From: an uncultured virus (IMG/VR IMGVR_UViG_3300042505_000848)
Taxonomy: Duplodnaviria; Heunggongvirae; Uroviricota; Caudoviricetes
IMG/VR virus record: IMGVR_UViG_3300042505_000848
Direction: 5' to 3' (one strand)
DNA length: 56,047 nt
The position numbers and the translations under genes are program-made. Positions 15,912-25,312 of the stretch are shown piece by piece (the first letter of the stretch is position 1; each line of letters opens with the position of its first letter). The notes under the pieces were generated by a model. That model did not search any database and was not told where the DNA came from. It worked only from the letters and a program-made list of their open reading frames with translations.

Positions 15912-16319
15912 CTATTGTTTAAAAACCTCTACGGCTTCATTATCGACATTCTCTACCATATGTAGCATAAATCTGTAGGCATCCCAGGCAGACTTGACTG
16001 AATGATTTTCACTGAGCTCTGTAGGAAACATGTCTACCCACACTGAGTTTTCAGGTTGGCGATGACGATGCAGTCCTTGTCTACGAGGCTGTAGTATTTT
16101 ATTTGTGCTCCACAGTTCTAGAGCCACTGCTTGACACTTGCTCTCGTCAAGACCGTAAAGATAATCGTCATTGCGATGCATGTATTGTTCGATGACGTTG
16201 GCCAACTGCGGTTCATCATGTATAGAAGTGGCAGCAATGATAAATGCCACATCGTCGATGTCAACCGATCCCTTAACAATATCACGGACGCAACGTCCTA
16301 GGCTAAATCCCATTTTCAT
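15912..16319 (-). CDS. Hypothetical protein
   Basis: Operon ORF. Confidence 0.7.
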   Translation of the reverse strand: MKMGFSLGRCVRDIVKGSVDIDDVAFIIAATSIHDEPQLANVIEQYMHRNDDYLYGLDESKCQAVALELWSTNKILQPRRQGLHRHRQPENSVWVDMFPTELSENHSVKSAWDAYRFMLHMVENVDNEAVEVFKQ

Positions 16320-16570
16320 TTTATTTCGTCCGATGTTTCAATAAAGTCGTTGATGATTAGATTGAGAGCTTCAATCCTGCGTATATTACCTGTGACATCT
16401 TCTGGATGCAACCAATAACCATCTGGATTATCTTCTGTCTTGGGATTCTTCTTCCATTCAGCTAATTCTTTTTTCAAATAAGCACGATAGTCTTTGAGAT
16501 TAAGACTGGTAATTCGATCGGCAGTTTCGCCATCAATCCATTGATACTCTTTGTGTTTTTTTTTGCTCAT
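16316..16570 (-). CDS. Hypothetical protein
   Basis: ATGA-coupled ORF. Confidence 0.7.
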   Translation of the reverse strand: MSKKKHKEYQWIDGETADRITSLNLKDYRAYLKKELAEWKKNPKTEDNPDGYWLHPEDVTGNIRRIEALNLIINDFIETSDEIK

Positions 16571-16791
16571 ACAACTTTACCTAATCCCATCCAGATAAGT
16601 TGATCTAATTCCGTTTGATAATCTTGTCCCAATCTACGCTTTTCATAGATTACCCGCAGAATTTCTTTGCCATCACCGAACTCAGATTCGACTCCCGCAC
16701 CACGGCTTTCTAGTTCTTCAACAAGATCTTCAGTGTCAAATTCTGAGAGATCAACATCGACTTCAACACTGGTATAAATTGTTTTATACAT
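16567..16791 (-). CDS. Hypothetical protein
   Basis: Coupled ORF. Confidence 0.7.
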   Translation of the reverse strand: MYKTIYTSVEVDVDLSEFDTEDLVEELESRGAGVESEFGDGKEILRVIYEKRRLGQDYQTELDQLIWMGLGKVV

Positions 16792-17209
16792 GTTCTTCCT
16801 TATTGCTATCTAGGTGTTCGGGTTTGGTGTGTGCATCACAGGCAGTATAAATCCAGCCGCTCCCTCGGCGCTCGCCAGGATTACCACATTCTTCACAAGT
16901 GACACCGCTCATGCTTTCGGCCATACGCACCATGCCACGGATGTGTTCGTCGCCGCCTGTATAGTAGAATCGCAATGTGCCAAACTTTTCTTTAACTTGA
17001 TCTAAGGTTACTTGCGGAACATCTTCACCCTTTGTCTTTCGCCAATCGATGTGATGCTGAATATTGCCCATAAGTTGATTAAGAATATTATACCAACCGT
17101 CACCGCATTCAAAGCCCCAACACATACAAGTCTCAGTCACTGCTCCGTGGCGGTTGACCATTATCTTTGAATACTTCTCGCACAACAGTGCGTCTAGTTC
17201 TTGTCTCAT
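16784..17209 (-). CDS. Conserved phage protein with Zn-ribbon (QVKEKFGTLRFY, CEECG)
   Basis: Motifs; sigma70 promoter at 17239-17267. Confidence 0.75.
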   Translation of the reverse strand: MRQELDALLCEKYSKIMVNRHGAVTETCMCWGFECGDGWYNILNQLMGNIQHHIDWRKTKGEDVPQVTLDQVKEKFGTLRFYYTGGDEHIRGMVRMAESMSGVTCEECGNPGERRGSGWIYTACDAHTKPEHLDSNKEEHV

Positions 17210-17263
17210 CTCAGTGGCTCCTAGGTTTTACATAACATAGTATAACATCATTTAGCGTAGATG

Positions 17264-17521
17264 TCAAGCCCACTTCATGGCAAACATAGTGGCATCTTGT
17301 TCGTTTTGAAAATACCATGCTCGCCCATTTGGATCGCTGAGATCACGAAACTTGCTTTGACAGTTTTCAAGACACCATGTAAGTTTCTCTGAAAAGTCAT
17401 CGTCTTTGAGTACGATAGCATGATAGGTGTCCAATAACTGCATCAATCTTTGATCAACCTTGAGATGCTCTTCTGCTCTCTGAGCTCTTAGAATGGTAGG
17501 AGTTGGATTTGGGTCTATCAC
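17264..17521 (-). CDS. Small hypothetical protein (paralog family ending FxxExDAxxFxxxW)
   Basis: WYFQNEQDATMFAMKW. Confidence 0.7.
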   Translation of the reverse strand: MIDPNPTPTILRAQRAEEHLKVDQRLMQLLDTYHAIVLKDDDFSEKLTWCLENCQSKFRDLSDPNGRAWYFQNEQDATMFAMKWA

Positions 17522-17874
17522 TTGCCGTGCCTCAACATGTATTCGGTGAGTCTAGCACCTGACAGTTTGGCTCGCACCTCGAATCGATAGCCATACTGCA
17601 TTTGATCTGGAATTCTATACCAACAGGGAGTTTCTACTGCGTGAGTCATGATCCATTGGCCTTCTTCACTTTGTTGCCATTGCCAAAGTGGTTCTGCAGC
17701 ATATAGATCGGGATCGTCTACATCCCCCATGGTAAACTCATGTACCACTACCTCTCGAACTTCTTCTACTCGATCGTTGATCGTCATATATCTATATGCG
17801 TGTCCTTTGGGGCTAGGACCCATGTAACCGCGAGCAGGTTCAAATTGATAACCTTTGATTTTTGTTACTGCCAT
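17518..17874 (-). CDS. Hypothetical protein
   Basis: Coupled ORF. Confidence 0.7.
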   Translation of the reverse strand: MAVTKIKGYQFEPARGYMGPSPKGHAYRYMTINDRVEEVREVVVHEFTMGDVDDPDLYAAEPLWQWQQSEEGQWIMTHAVETPCWYRIPDQMQYGYRFEVRAKLSGARLTEYMLRHGK

Positions 17875-18125
17875 CTTAGAGTAAAATTCACAGCATCTAC
17901 CTCAGATTCAAAGATAAAGTCTGCGCCGTTGCGTTCAAAGGGATTTTTACAATTTGCTTCTAACCAATATGTGATATCGACGGCATGATTGTTGTCTGTT
18001 AATCTATCTAACATGACTCTGCGCCATCCCATGCCTACAAGCATACCCCAGAGTATTTCTCGATCTATTTCACTTTGCATCTTCGTGCCAAGTTCATCTA
18101 AGATTTCCTGTTCTAGATTTTTCAT
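17865..18125 (-). CDS. Small hypothetical protein (same paralog family)
   Basis: FIFESEVDAVNFTLRW. Confidence 0.7.
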   Translation of the reverse strand: MKNLEQEILDELGTKMQSEIDREILWGMLVGMGWRRVMLDRLTDNNHAVDITYWLEANCKNPFERNGADFIFESEVDAVNFTLRWQ

Positions 18126-18370
18126 ACGTTACCCCTACCACCAAATTTCAACATAAACATCATGGCATCGTAGTCATCTGTGAACTGAAAATACAATGCA
18201 TGATAATGTTCTTCACGCCATAGGTCTTTGCAGTTGTTGATACACCATGTGGCCATTTCTTCAATTTGATTACGTGTGATATTATCAAAGTTCACACGAT
18301 AGGGATAAACTGTTCTAACTCGGGTAGTTAGAATCTCACCGAGTGTGACTACAGGTTTGCTCATTTCCAA
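18122..18370 (-). CDS. Small hypothetical protein (same paralog family)
   Basis: FQFTDDYDAMMFMLKF. Confidence 0.7.
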   Translation of the reverse strand: MEMSKPVVTLGEILTTRVRTVYPYRVNFDNITRNQIEEMATWCINNCKDLWREEHYHALYFQFTDDYDAMMFMLKFGGRGNV

Positions 18371-18690
18371 GTACGGTGATCTTCAGCCACCCATTCTACT
18401 CCGTCATACTCACCAATGTGCCACAACACATCGCCGGGTATTTCTACTATCTTGAGTTTGGCATGTCCGCCGCTAGCAGCAGAACCGAGTTCTTTGACTA
18501 CCTTGACCAGATAGGGATCGTCTCTAGCCACATCACGATCATACCAACCTGGATCTGTAATACCGGCCAACTGCTTGTATTGTTCACGAGCAAGATCACT
18601 AAGGCCGAATCCGCCATAGCAGTCGTTGATTACAACATGTCGAACACCAGTCTTTAGATCTTGCATGAACTTCTGCGACTCTGTAGTCAT
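18361..18690 (-). CDS. Conserved phage hypothetical protein
   Basis: VVINDCYGGFGLS...RDDPYLV...EYDGVEWV. Confidence 0.75.
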   Translation of the reverse strand: MTTESQKFMQDLKTGVRHVVINDCYGGFGLSDLAREQYKQLAGITDPGWYDRDVARDDPYLVKVVKELGSAASGGHAKLKIVEIPGDVLWHIGEYDGVEWVAEDHRTWK

Positions 18691-19256
18691 TATCTATCTT
18701 TCTTTTTCTTCTTCTTTTTCTTTTCTACGGAAAACGGAATATCGTTCAACATACGGTGTTGATCAATTGCTTCCTGTAGTGCGATCTCTACAAGCTCGTT
18801 GAATGTGATATCACGATCGTGTGCAATCTTCATATACTCCAACAATTCTGCATCATCGAAGTTCACTTCAATTTGCACACGAGTGTCGTAGTCTTCACCT
18901 TCTCGAATCGCTAGCCCTTTCTGGAAGAAATCATCGTCTACATCCAAATCGACGTAGTTAACATCGTCCCAAGCCTGATTTTCTAACACACCCCGATCTT
19001 TTGATTCGCGATCGTGGGCAGATTTAAATTCCGGATTGATCAAACGATATGCACGATTGTGAACATAGTCGTGTGCCTGCACTTCGTAGACAGTCTGTGT
19101 CTTGGTGTCAAAGACAATGCTGAAACTATGACCTTCATGGTCACCATTCCACGAGTCTAGTGTGTAGGCATTGTCACCATAACACTTCCAGCAGTAGTTA
19201 CTGCCTTCAGTGATGCGATAGTCTACCAGTTCCATCCATTCTTTAAGCGTGATCAT
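18690..19256 (-). CDS. Hypothetical protein with C-terminal RHH-like helix and basic tail
   Basis: ORF; sigma70 promoter at 19282-19310. Confidence 0.75.
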   Translation of the reverse strand: MITLKEWMELVDYRITEGSNYCWKCYGDNAYTLDSWNGDHEGHSFSIVFDTKTQTVYEVQAHDYVHNRAYRLINPEFKSAHDRESKDRGVLENQAWDDVNYVDLDVDDDFFQKGLAIREGEDYDTRVQIEVNFDDAELLEYMKIAHDRDITFNELVEIALQEAIDQHRMLNDIPFSVEKKKKKKKKDR

Positions 19257-19299
19257 AATAATCCTTTCATTAAGATGCTATAGTATAGCACACATCCGT

Positions 19300-19764
19300 T
19301 TAATTGTCAAGATCTTGTTTGGTTAATTTGCACATCAACATAAAATGATCGTAGGCTTTACGAACACTTTCATGCTTCATTAATTTGTCAGCTTCTGCTT
19401 GCATGGCCTTTACTCCAGCTTCTGCAGCATCTCTAGCACTACCATGAGTAAACATAAAGCGCATGTCATCGGGTAGAACTTTGATAACTTCCTGCCAACG
19501 TTTTTGAGTTTGTTCGTCTATTTCACGATTCATAGGACGTAGATCTGTAGCTTCTCTTATTTTATTAGAGATAGCATCTTCTGCCACACGACCTGCCGCA
19601 ATCATAGCCGCATATGCAGGGTCAATGTTAAATCTACGTGAGGTGCCGCCGGGATAACTCATAACCAAATGATTGCCTTTGGGAAAACTGTCTAGCAGAT
19701 CGTTGTCGTATTCTGCCACAGGCACATACCTGCGCCCACGTTTTTCGTAATAGATTTTTTTCAT
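19300..19764 (-). CDS. Hypothetical protein
   Basis: Coupled ORF. Confidence 0.7.
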   Translation of the reverse strand: MKKIYYEKRGRRYVPVAEYDNDLLDSFPKGNHLVMSYPGGTSRRFNIDPAYAAMIAAGRVAEDAISNKIREATDLRPMNREIDEQTQKRWQEVIKVLPDDMRFMFTHGSARDAAEAGVKAMQAEADKLMKHESVRKAYDHFMLMCKLTKQDLDN

Positions 19765-20555
19765 ACTTCAACAACTTTCGTCGGATCCCATCCAGTATCT
19801 TCGTAGTTATCATATCCACGGGGGTTACAGATAACACGGCATTCGCCTATGACATAATCAAATGGATGATGAGTATGTCCGTGCGTCCACAATTTGATCT
19901 GCGGATTGTCTAACATTATATTTGTTAGATCGCTGTGATACGCACCGTTCATGATATATTCTGACTTGTATTGTTCGTGAACACTTTGAAAGCTGGGACT
20001 ATGATGTCCAACAACCACACACTTCTTATCTTTGTGTTCTGCAACAATCTGTTTGATATAGTCAACGGTTTGTCTATGCCGTTCTACAGTGTCAGCAGGT
20101 TTCAATTTACGATACCCTGCCTGATCATTTACAGTTGCTCGATAGTCCATCATCATATCTCTAACAGCATGTAGCGTTAGAGGATCAAACTTATTCATGT
20201 CAGTCCAAAGTGTGCCACCTACAAAAACTACGTCGTCAATAATTTTGGTATCACGCTCTAAGAAATACACGTTATCAAACTGCGCACAAGCTGTCCGAAG
20301 TTCATCGATGCCTTGAAAGAATTTACCGTCAATGTAGAATTCGTGATTACCTGCAATATAAATCACATGAGGAAACTGGAAACTGCATCGTTGTAGAAAG
20401 TCACGGAACCGAATGCCGTATTCGCTTTCCAGCTTATTGACTTTTGACGCTACCATGATATCACCAGAAAGAATCAACACATCGGCGTTGTTTTCATTCT
20501 TGATCAAAATGTCTGCAAATTCGAGATGTAGATCGGATACAATCTGTATACGCAT
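19761..20555 (-). CDS. Metallophosphoesterase
   Basis: SDLHLEF, SGD, AGNHE, GHHSP, HGHTH; sigma70 promoter at 20583-20611. Confidence 0.9.
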   Translation of the reverse strand: MRIQIVSDLHLEFADILIKNENNADVLILSGDIMVASKVNKLESEYGIRFRDFLQRCSFQFPHVIYIAGNHEFYIDGKFFQGIDELRTACAQFDNVYFLERDTKIIDDVVFVGGTLWTDMNKFDPLTLHAVRDMMMDYRATVNDQAGYRKLKPADTVERHRQTVDYIKQIVAEHKDKKCVVVGHHSPSFQSVHEQYKSEYIMNGAYHSDLTNIMLDNPQIKLWTHGHTHHPFDYVIGECRVICNPRGYDNYEDTGWDPTKVVEV

Positions 20556-20651
20556 TTTTGCCTTTATTAGAAATATACACATATTATAGCATCACTTTAA
20601 AAATCTGTCAATTGGTTAAATACTCATATTACACAACCCGGGAGCGAAACA

Positions 20652-20933
20652 ATGGGCGATATTTTCAAGATTATAGGCGATCTGGGCATGCCAGTAGCCG
20701 CAGCACTAGCAGGTGGGTATTTTGTATACTTAACCATTAAACTATTGCTACAGGGCGTATTAGGCTCTATCAAAGGTATGGCGGGCATTATCACAGCCCT
20801 AGACAATCGTGTAAAAACCATGAATCACGATGTTGTCCGTATCGACACCATTGTTTCAAACGCACTAGGACTACGTCCTGACGTAGACCGTATTGCACGA
20901 GCAGACGGCAAAAACGATGCGAGACGTGATTAA
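20652..20933 (+). CDS. Single-TM coiled-coil membrane protein (holin-like?)
   Basis: TM LGMPVAAALAGGYFVY; TAAATA at 20617-20622. Confidence 0.7.
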   Translation: MGDIFKIIGDLGMPVAAALAGGYFVYLTIKLLLQGVLGSIKGMAGIITALDNRVKTMNHDVVRIDTIVSNALGLRPDVDRIARADGKNDARRD

Positions 20934-21127
20934 TGCAATACATTGACTACACGTGGGACTTAGAGCCTAATAGGATTAAGTTTGACCCTGAGTTGAATAT
21001 AGACAAACTAGGATGGCGACACGGCGACTGTTTTAAAATAGTCAATGTTGACGGACAAGCTATGTTAGTTAAATTAGATCCAGTAGAACAGTTTGTAAGA
21101 GGGTATAAGGTGAATAGTGATGAGTAA
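20933..21127 (+). CDS. Hypothetical protein
   Basis: Coupled ORF. Confidence 0.65.
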   Translation: MQYIDYTWDLEPNRIKFDPELNIDKLGWRHGDCFKIVNVDGQAMLVKLDPVEQFVRGYKVNSDE

Positions 21128-21266
21128 ATTCCAAACATGGTATGACAGTTTACCTGAGCATACTAAAACTTATTTAAAAAGCCAACCAGTATGGCACGAT
21201 AGGGACATGTGGAAAGCAGGACTGCTTGGGCTTAGTATAGGATTAATTTTAGGTTTAGCGTTTTAA
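21120..21266 (+). CDS. Small membrane protein, 48 aa
   Basis: Translated by hand (MSKFQTWYD...); C-terminal TM. Confidence 0.6.
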   Translation: MSKFQTWYDSLPEHTKTYLKSQPVWHDRDMWKAGLLGLSIGLILGLAF

Positions 21267-21293
21267 GTATCAATCAACAAATAGGAGCGAACT

Positions 21294-21428
21294 ATGTTGT
21301 TTGAAGCATTTCTAGTATTTTGGATGCTAGAGGTTTTAGTATTAGTATCTGTAGCAGTTTGGTATTATCATAAACCTAAAGTTCAAGAAAAGAAAATACA
21401 CGATCCCTGGGGATTCTGGAAGGAGTAA
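21294..21428 (+). CDS. Small membrane protein, 44 aa
   Basis: AGGAGCGA RBS; N-terminal TM. Confidence 0.55.
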   Translation: MLFEAFLVFWMLEVLVLVSVAVWYYHKPKVQEKKIHDPWGFWKE

Positions 21429-21431
21429 TAT

Positions 21432-21812
21432 ATGGATGTAGTAGAGTTAGTCAACAAATATGGTTTTCCCATTGTCATGGCAGTTGGCATGGGGTTCATT
21501 ATCAAATATGTTTGGGAATGGGCCACCAAAGAAGTTAAACCTGTTATCTCAGACGCTAATACTGTTCTTATTGCCCTTATTGATCGTATCCGTATGTTGG
21601 ACAACGATTTAATCAGACTCAATCAAAAGGTCAATACAGTTTTACATCTACGTGGCAAGATGATTGAAAGCGATCGCGTTATGGAAACAGCACTGGTAGA
21701 AGCACAGGCCAACAAGAAGTTTCACGATGCAATGGATGAGGCAGATAAGATCAATGCTAAGCCAAAAATTGATCCATCAGATAAAAAAGAGGCGGCAGGA
21801 GGCAGCTCTTAA
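21432..21812 (+). CDS. Single-TM coiled-coil protein, paralog of 20652-20933
   Basis: YGFPIVMAVGMGF...ALIDRIRMLDNDLIRL. Confidence 0.75.
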   Translation: MDVVELVNKYGFPIVMAVGMGFIIKYVWEWATKEVKPVISDANTVLIALIDRIRMLDNDLIRLNQKVNTVLHLRGKMIESDRVMETALVEAQANKKFHDAMDEADKINAKPKIDPSDKKEAAGGSS

Positions 21813-21836
21813 AGTATTTTAGTAGGAGGAGCGATT

Positions 21837-21995
21837 ATGATAAATGCAGTTGCCTCGTTATTACTAGCAGGCATGTTATCAAACGAGCCTCGGTGTGTTA
21901 AATGGACATGGTCAGGCGATGTTTATAATCGTCGAGTTGTATGCGTAGAATGGTCTAAGCCTCCACCTAAAGATAAGGCGCCTAAGAAAGCATGA
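21837..21995 (+). CDS. Small secreted Cys-pair peptide, 52 aa
   Basis: AGGAGGAGCGA RBS; CVKW...CVEW. Confidence 0.55.
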   Translation: MINAVASLLLAGMLSNEPRCVKWTWSGDVYNRRVVCVEWSKPPPKDKAPKKA

Positions 21996-22474
21996 TTGAT
22001 CCCATCACACTTGGTATTGCTTTTACAGCCGCACAGCAGTCAGTGGGCTATATCAAAAAAGCCATTGCTCTAGGCAAAGATGTCAACAGCCTCTACGGAC
22101 AGTTTGCCAAGTTCTTTGAAAACAGTGACACAATTCATGGTGCTAATGTGGCAGCACAAAACAGCAAAAGTATTCTCACTGACGGTCAGATTAGATCAAT
22201 GTCTATACAGATTGCCATGCAAAGCAAAGCCCTGCGTGATGCTGAGAAACAACTGAAAGAATTATTGATATACTCTGGGAACAGTGATGTGTGGGATCAG
22301 ATGATGGCCGAACGTGTGCGTATGTATAAAGAACGTGCTAAGTTACAAGCAGACTTGACAAACGCTAGGATAAAAGCCAAAGCAGATTTAATAGATAGGG
22401 CCTTAATTTTTATAAGTTTTTCAGCACTAGCAATACCAGCATTTGCCTTTAGTTTTGCTATACTTGTTCGTTAA
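21992..22474 (+). CDS. Hypothetical membrane-anchored protein
   Basis: MIDPITL...; C-terminal TM. Confidence 0.75.
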   Translation: MIDPITLGIAFTAAQQSVGYIKKAIALGKDVNSLYGQFAKFFENSDTIHGANVAAQNSKSILTDGQIRSMSIQIAMQSKALRDAEKQLKELLIYSGNSDVWDQMMAERVRMYKERAKLQADLTNARIKAKADLIDRALIFISFSALAIPAFAFSFAILVR

Positions 22475-23205
22475 TTAATTGTAGAAATAAATTCCGCTTC
22501 TGGAATACGGGTATGCGTGTTTTTACTACCCAAAACTACAACAATCTTTCTTCCAACGTCAGTGTCCATCATCAAAACTATGCAACCGCCCGATGCATTA
22601 ATAAACCCAGTTTTACTGACTACAAAATCGTGACGCTTGCCTATGATAGGATTGGTGTTTCGAAACACCAGCCATTTCTTTTTAATTTTTATTTTAATAT
22701 TACTAGTGCGTGAAGCCAGTATTATTTCTGGATATTTTGCAGCTTCGATAACAATCTTAACTAATTCTTCAGCAGTACTAACATTCATTACACTAAGTCC
22801 GCTAGCTTCGACAAATCGTGTTTTTGTCAATCCTAGTGATCTTACTTTTTCGTTCATTGCTCGAACACAAGCAGCTGAGCCTCCCGGGTAATGTTTACAT
22901 AAATCTAGACTCGATTTGTTATCGGATTTCACTAATGCCAGTTGAATCATTTCCCCTCTTGTATAAGGTTTAAGATTTTCAGTTAAGTCTTGATTGGTAT
23001 CTAATACAACCATAACAGTAACCAGTTTAGTTATACTAGCAATACTTTTTAGTTGATCGGTATTTTCACCTTGTATTGTTTTACCAGTTCCGTCTGTTAC
23101 TAGCCAGCTAGTTGCGGTAATAGGCACAGGTTTAGTATTGGAGGCGATTGCCGGCCCATAATATGATAAGGTAAGAATTACCCAAAGAGAAAAGACTCTG
23201 CGCAT
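22471..23205 (-). CDS. D-alanyl-D-alanine endo/carboxypeptidase (peptidase S11, PBP7-like)
   Basis: Signal peptide; SITK, SDN and KTG motifs. Confidence 0.9.
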   Translation of the reverse strand: MRRVFSLWVILTLSYYGPAIASNTKPVPITATSWLVTDGTGKTIQGENTDQLKSIASITKLVTVMVVLDTNQDLTENLKPYTRGEMIQLALVKSDNKSSLDLCKHYPGGSAACVRAMNEKVRSLGLTKTRFVEASGLSVMNVSTAEELVKIVIEAAKYPEIILASRTSNIKIKIKKKWLVFRNTNPIIGKRHDFVVSKTGFINASGGCIVLMMDTDVGRKIVVVLGSKNTHTRIPEAEFISTIN

Positions 23206-23241
23206 TTGCTTATTATATACTTTACAAATAAAATTGTAAAG

Positions 23242-25296
23242 TTATTTTTCGTGAGCTATAAACTCACCGTTCCAATGGTCGCCTAGATCTTGTTGCTTCA
23301 TAAAGTCACAACGTTCGATCCAAATCTTGTAGTATTTGTCCATCTGTCCACCGAAGTTGCCCTTTAGCTTTTTACACATAGCGGCAGCTTCGTCAAACTT
23401 CTTAGATTTATACAAGGCATGCATTGCTTCATGTTGCTCTTTGTCTTTGCTGTAGTCTGCACCACGTGTGCGTAATACTGTATAGATCAAGTCTGCTACA
23501 GTTTTGCCTTTGGGCTGTAAGTTGTCTAACAGCAGGTAGAAGAAATCGTCTTTGGTGCGGTTATATGTTTCAGCACCAATAATACACAACACACCATAAG
23601 CCTTACAACGTGCTTCTAAACGTGCGGCTGTTGAAACCATATCACCTAAAATGTCATAGCCGTGTCTCGCAGTCGAACCCATCTCACCAATGTAACCATC
23701 TCCAGTATTACAACCCCAACCCATGGCAGCAGGAGGTAAACCTTTTGCTTCCATGATCTTGGTATACTCGTCTACACGATCTAGCATCTCGAGTCCTACC
23801 TTAACAATAGTGTGTGCGTGTCGATCATCATCCAACGGAGCACCGTGTATGTGCATGCTAGCATCACCTACATACTTGAGAACCATGCCGTTGGCATCAA
23901 TGATAGGAATAGTGATAGCATCCATGTATCCGTTCATATACTTGGCTAGACCTTCAGGACCACCATTGCCTGGTTTGTCAAAATATTCGCCGATAGGTGT
24001 AAAACCACGTAGGTCGCTAAACATAACACTTACGTCTTTCTTAATGCCCTTCTTGATTAGATCCGGATTCTCTTGTAACAGTCTAACTACTTCAGGCGAG
24101 CAGTAACCAGCAAATTGTTTCTTTATGGCCTGCTTTTGTAAGAACTCGCTTACAAACTTAACGCCGTAAGTATGAAGAGCAACGATAACAAGCCCAGCCG
24201 CGAGCGCAGTCGCGTCTGATAGGATGAGCCAATTATTGAAAGCGTAGATAGTACCAGGAACGACGGCACCAACAATAACCACAGTAGCACCAATGCCAAC
24301 ATAAGTCCACCTCGACAAGAAAATTAATAATATGCCGAATGCTAGTAATGCTAGTATTTCAACTCCGTCGGCATAGTCAGGACGTTGAATCACTACTCCG
24401 TTGATCATAGTTGCCATTACTGCCGCTTGCACATCTTGTGGCCACACTGCACCTTTGGCTGTAGGCAAAGGATTGGCAATGCCAGCTGCGGTTGGACCCA
24501 CAATCACGATAGCACCATTAAAGTTTTTGGGCAAGTCTAATAGACTCGCCTGCTGGTTTTCTTGACTCCAATCGATCCACACACGACCTAATGCATCTGT
24601 TGTAATAGGACCAAACTTGGGTATACGCATTTTCTCAACACCAAGCTCGTTGAGCTTGACTTGAAATGTTGAGTCGCCAGCGGCCACACGAAGTGCTTCC
24701 ATAGACATACTGGGATACAGTTTGCCATCAACAGATACAACTAGGGGAAGTCTACGATTAACACCATCTACTTCTGGTAGTGTGCTAACAATACCAATAC
24801 CTGCTGCTGCGTTTTCTAGCTGCGGTACATTAGCAATTAATCCAGGATACTGTATAATTTGACCTAAGTGCTCTGGACCTAACACTGCTGAGCCAGGATT
24901 GCGAGGAGAGTTCTTGGTTTTTTGCGATGGCACGCTGCCCATTACAACTGGATATTGTTTTAGGGCATTTGCGAGAACAGCATCGCCACCAGTGCGATCA
25001 GGCTCAGCCATGATAACATTGAGCACAACAAGGCCAGCACCACGATCATACAAATCTTTAATAATTTTTGCATACTCTGCCCTGGGTAGTGGCCATTGGC
25101 CATATTTGTCTAAGGCTGCTTCATCTATGTTTACTGTATAGATGTTGTTGGCAGTTGGAGCTTTTTGTGTAATTAGTGTGTCAAAGTAGCGTAGTCTTAC
25201 ACTTTCTACAAAGACAGGATCGGCGATTCTTATACTTACAATAAGTGCCAATGTTAATAGGGCAGTCCAAGGACTTAGGAGGATTTTTTTCAGCAT
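23242..25296 (-). CDS. CHASE2-domain class III adenylate/guanylate cyclase
   Basis: IDEAALDKYGQWPLPR (CHASE2); 3 TM; FSDLRGFT, KYVGDA, GDMVSTAARLE. Confidence 0.93.
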   Translation of the reverse strand: MLKKILLSPWTALLTLALIVSIRIADPVFVESVRLRYFDTLITQKAPTANNIYTVNIDEAALDKYGQWPLPRAEYAKIIKDLYDRGAGLVVLNVIMAEPDRTGGDAVLANALKQYPVVMGSVPSQKTKNSPRNPGSAVLGPEHLGQIIQYPGLIANVPQLENAAAGIGIVSTLPEVDGVNRRLPLVVSVDGKLYPSMSMEALRVAAGDSTFQVKLNELGVEKMRIPKFGPITTDALGRVWIDWSQENQQASLLDLPKNFNGAIVIVGPTAAGIANPLPTAKGAVWPQDVQAAVMATMINGVVIQRPDYADGVEILALLAFGILLIFLSRWTYVGIGATVVIVGAVVPGTIYAFNNWLILSDATALAAGLVIVALHTYGVKFVSEFLQKQAIKKQFAGYCSPEVVRLLQENPDLIKKGIKKDVSVMFSDLRGFTPIGEYFDKPGNGGPEGLAKYMNGYMDAITIPIIDANGMVLKYVGDASMHIHGAPLDDDRHAHTIVKVGLEMLDRVDEYTKIMEAKGLPPAAMGWGCNTGDGYIGEMGSTARHGYDILGDMVSTAARLEARCKAYGVLCIIGAETYNRTKDDFFYLLLDNLQPKGKTVADLIYTVLRTRGADYSKDKEQHEAMHALYKSKKFDEAAAMCKKLKGNFGGQMDKYYKIWIERCDFMKQQDLGDHWNGEFIAHEK

Positions 25297-25312
25297 GAAA
25301 TATTTATGCTGT

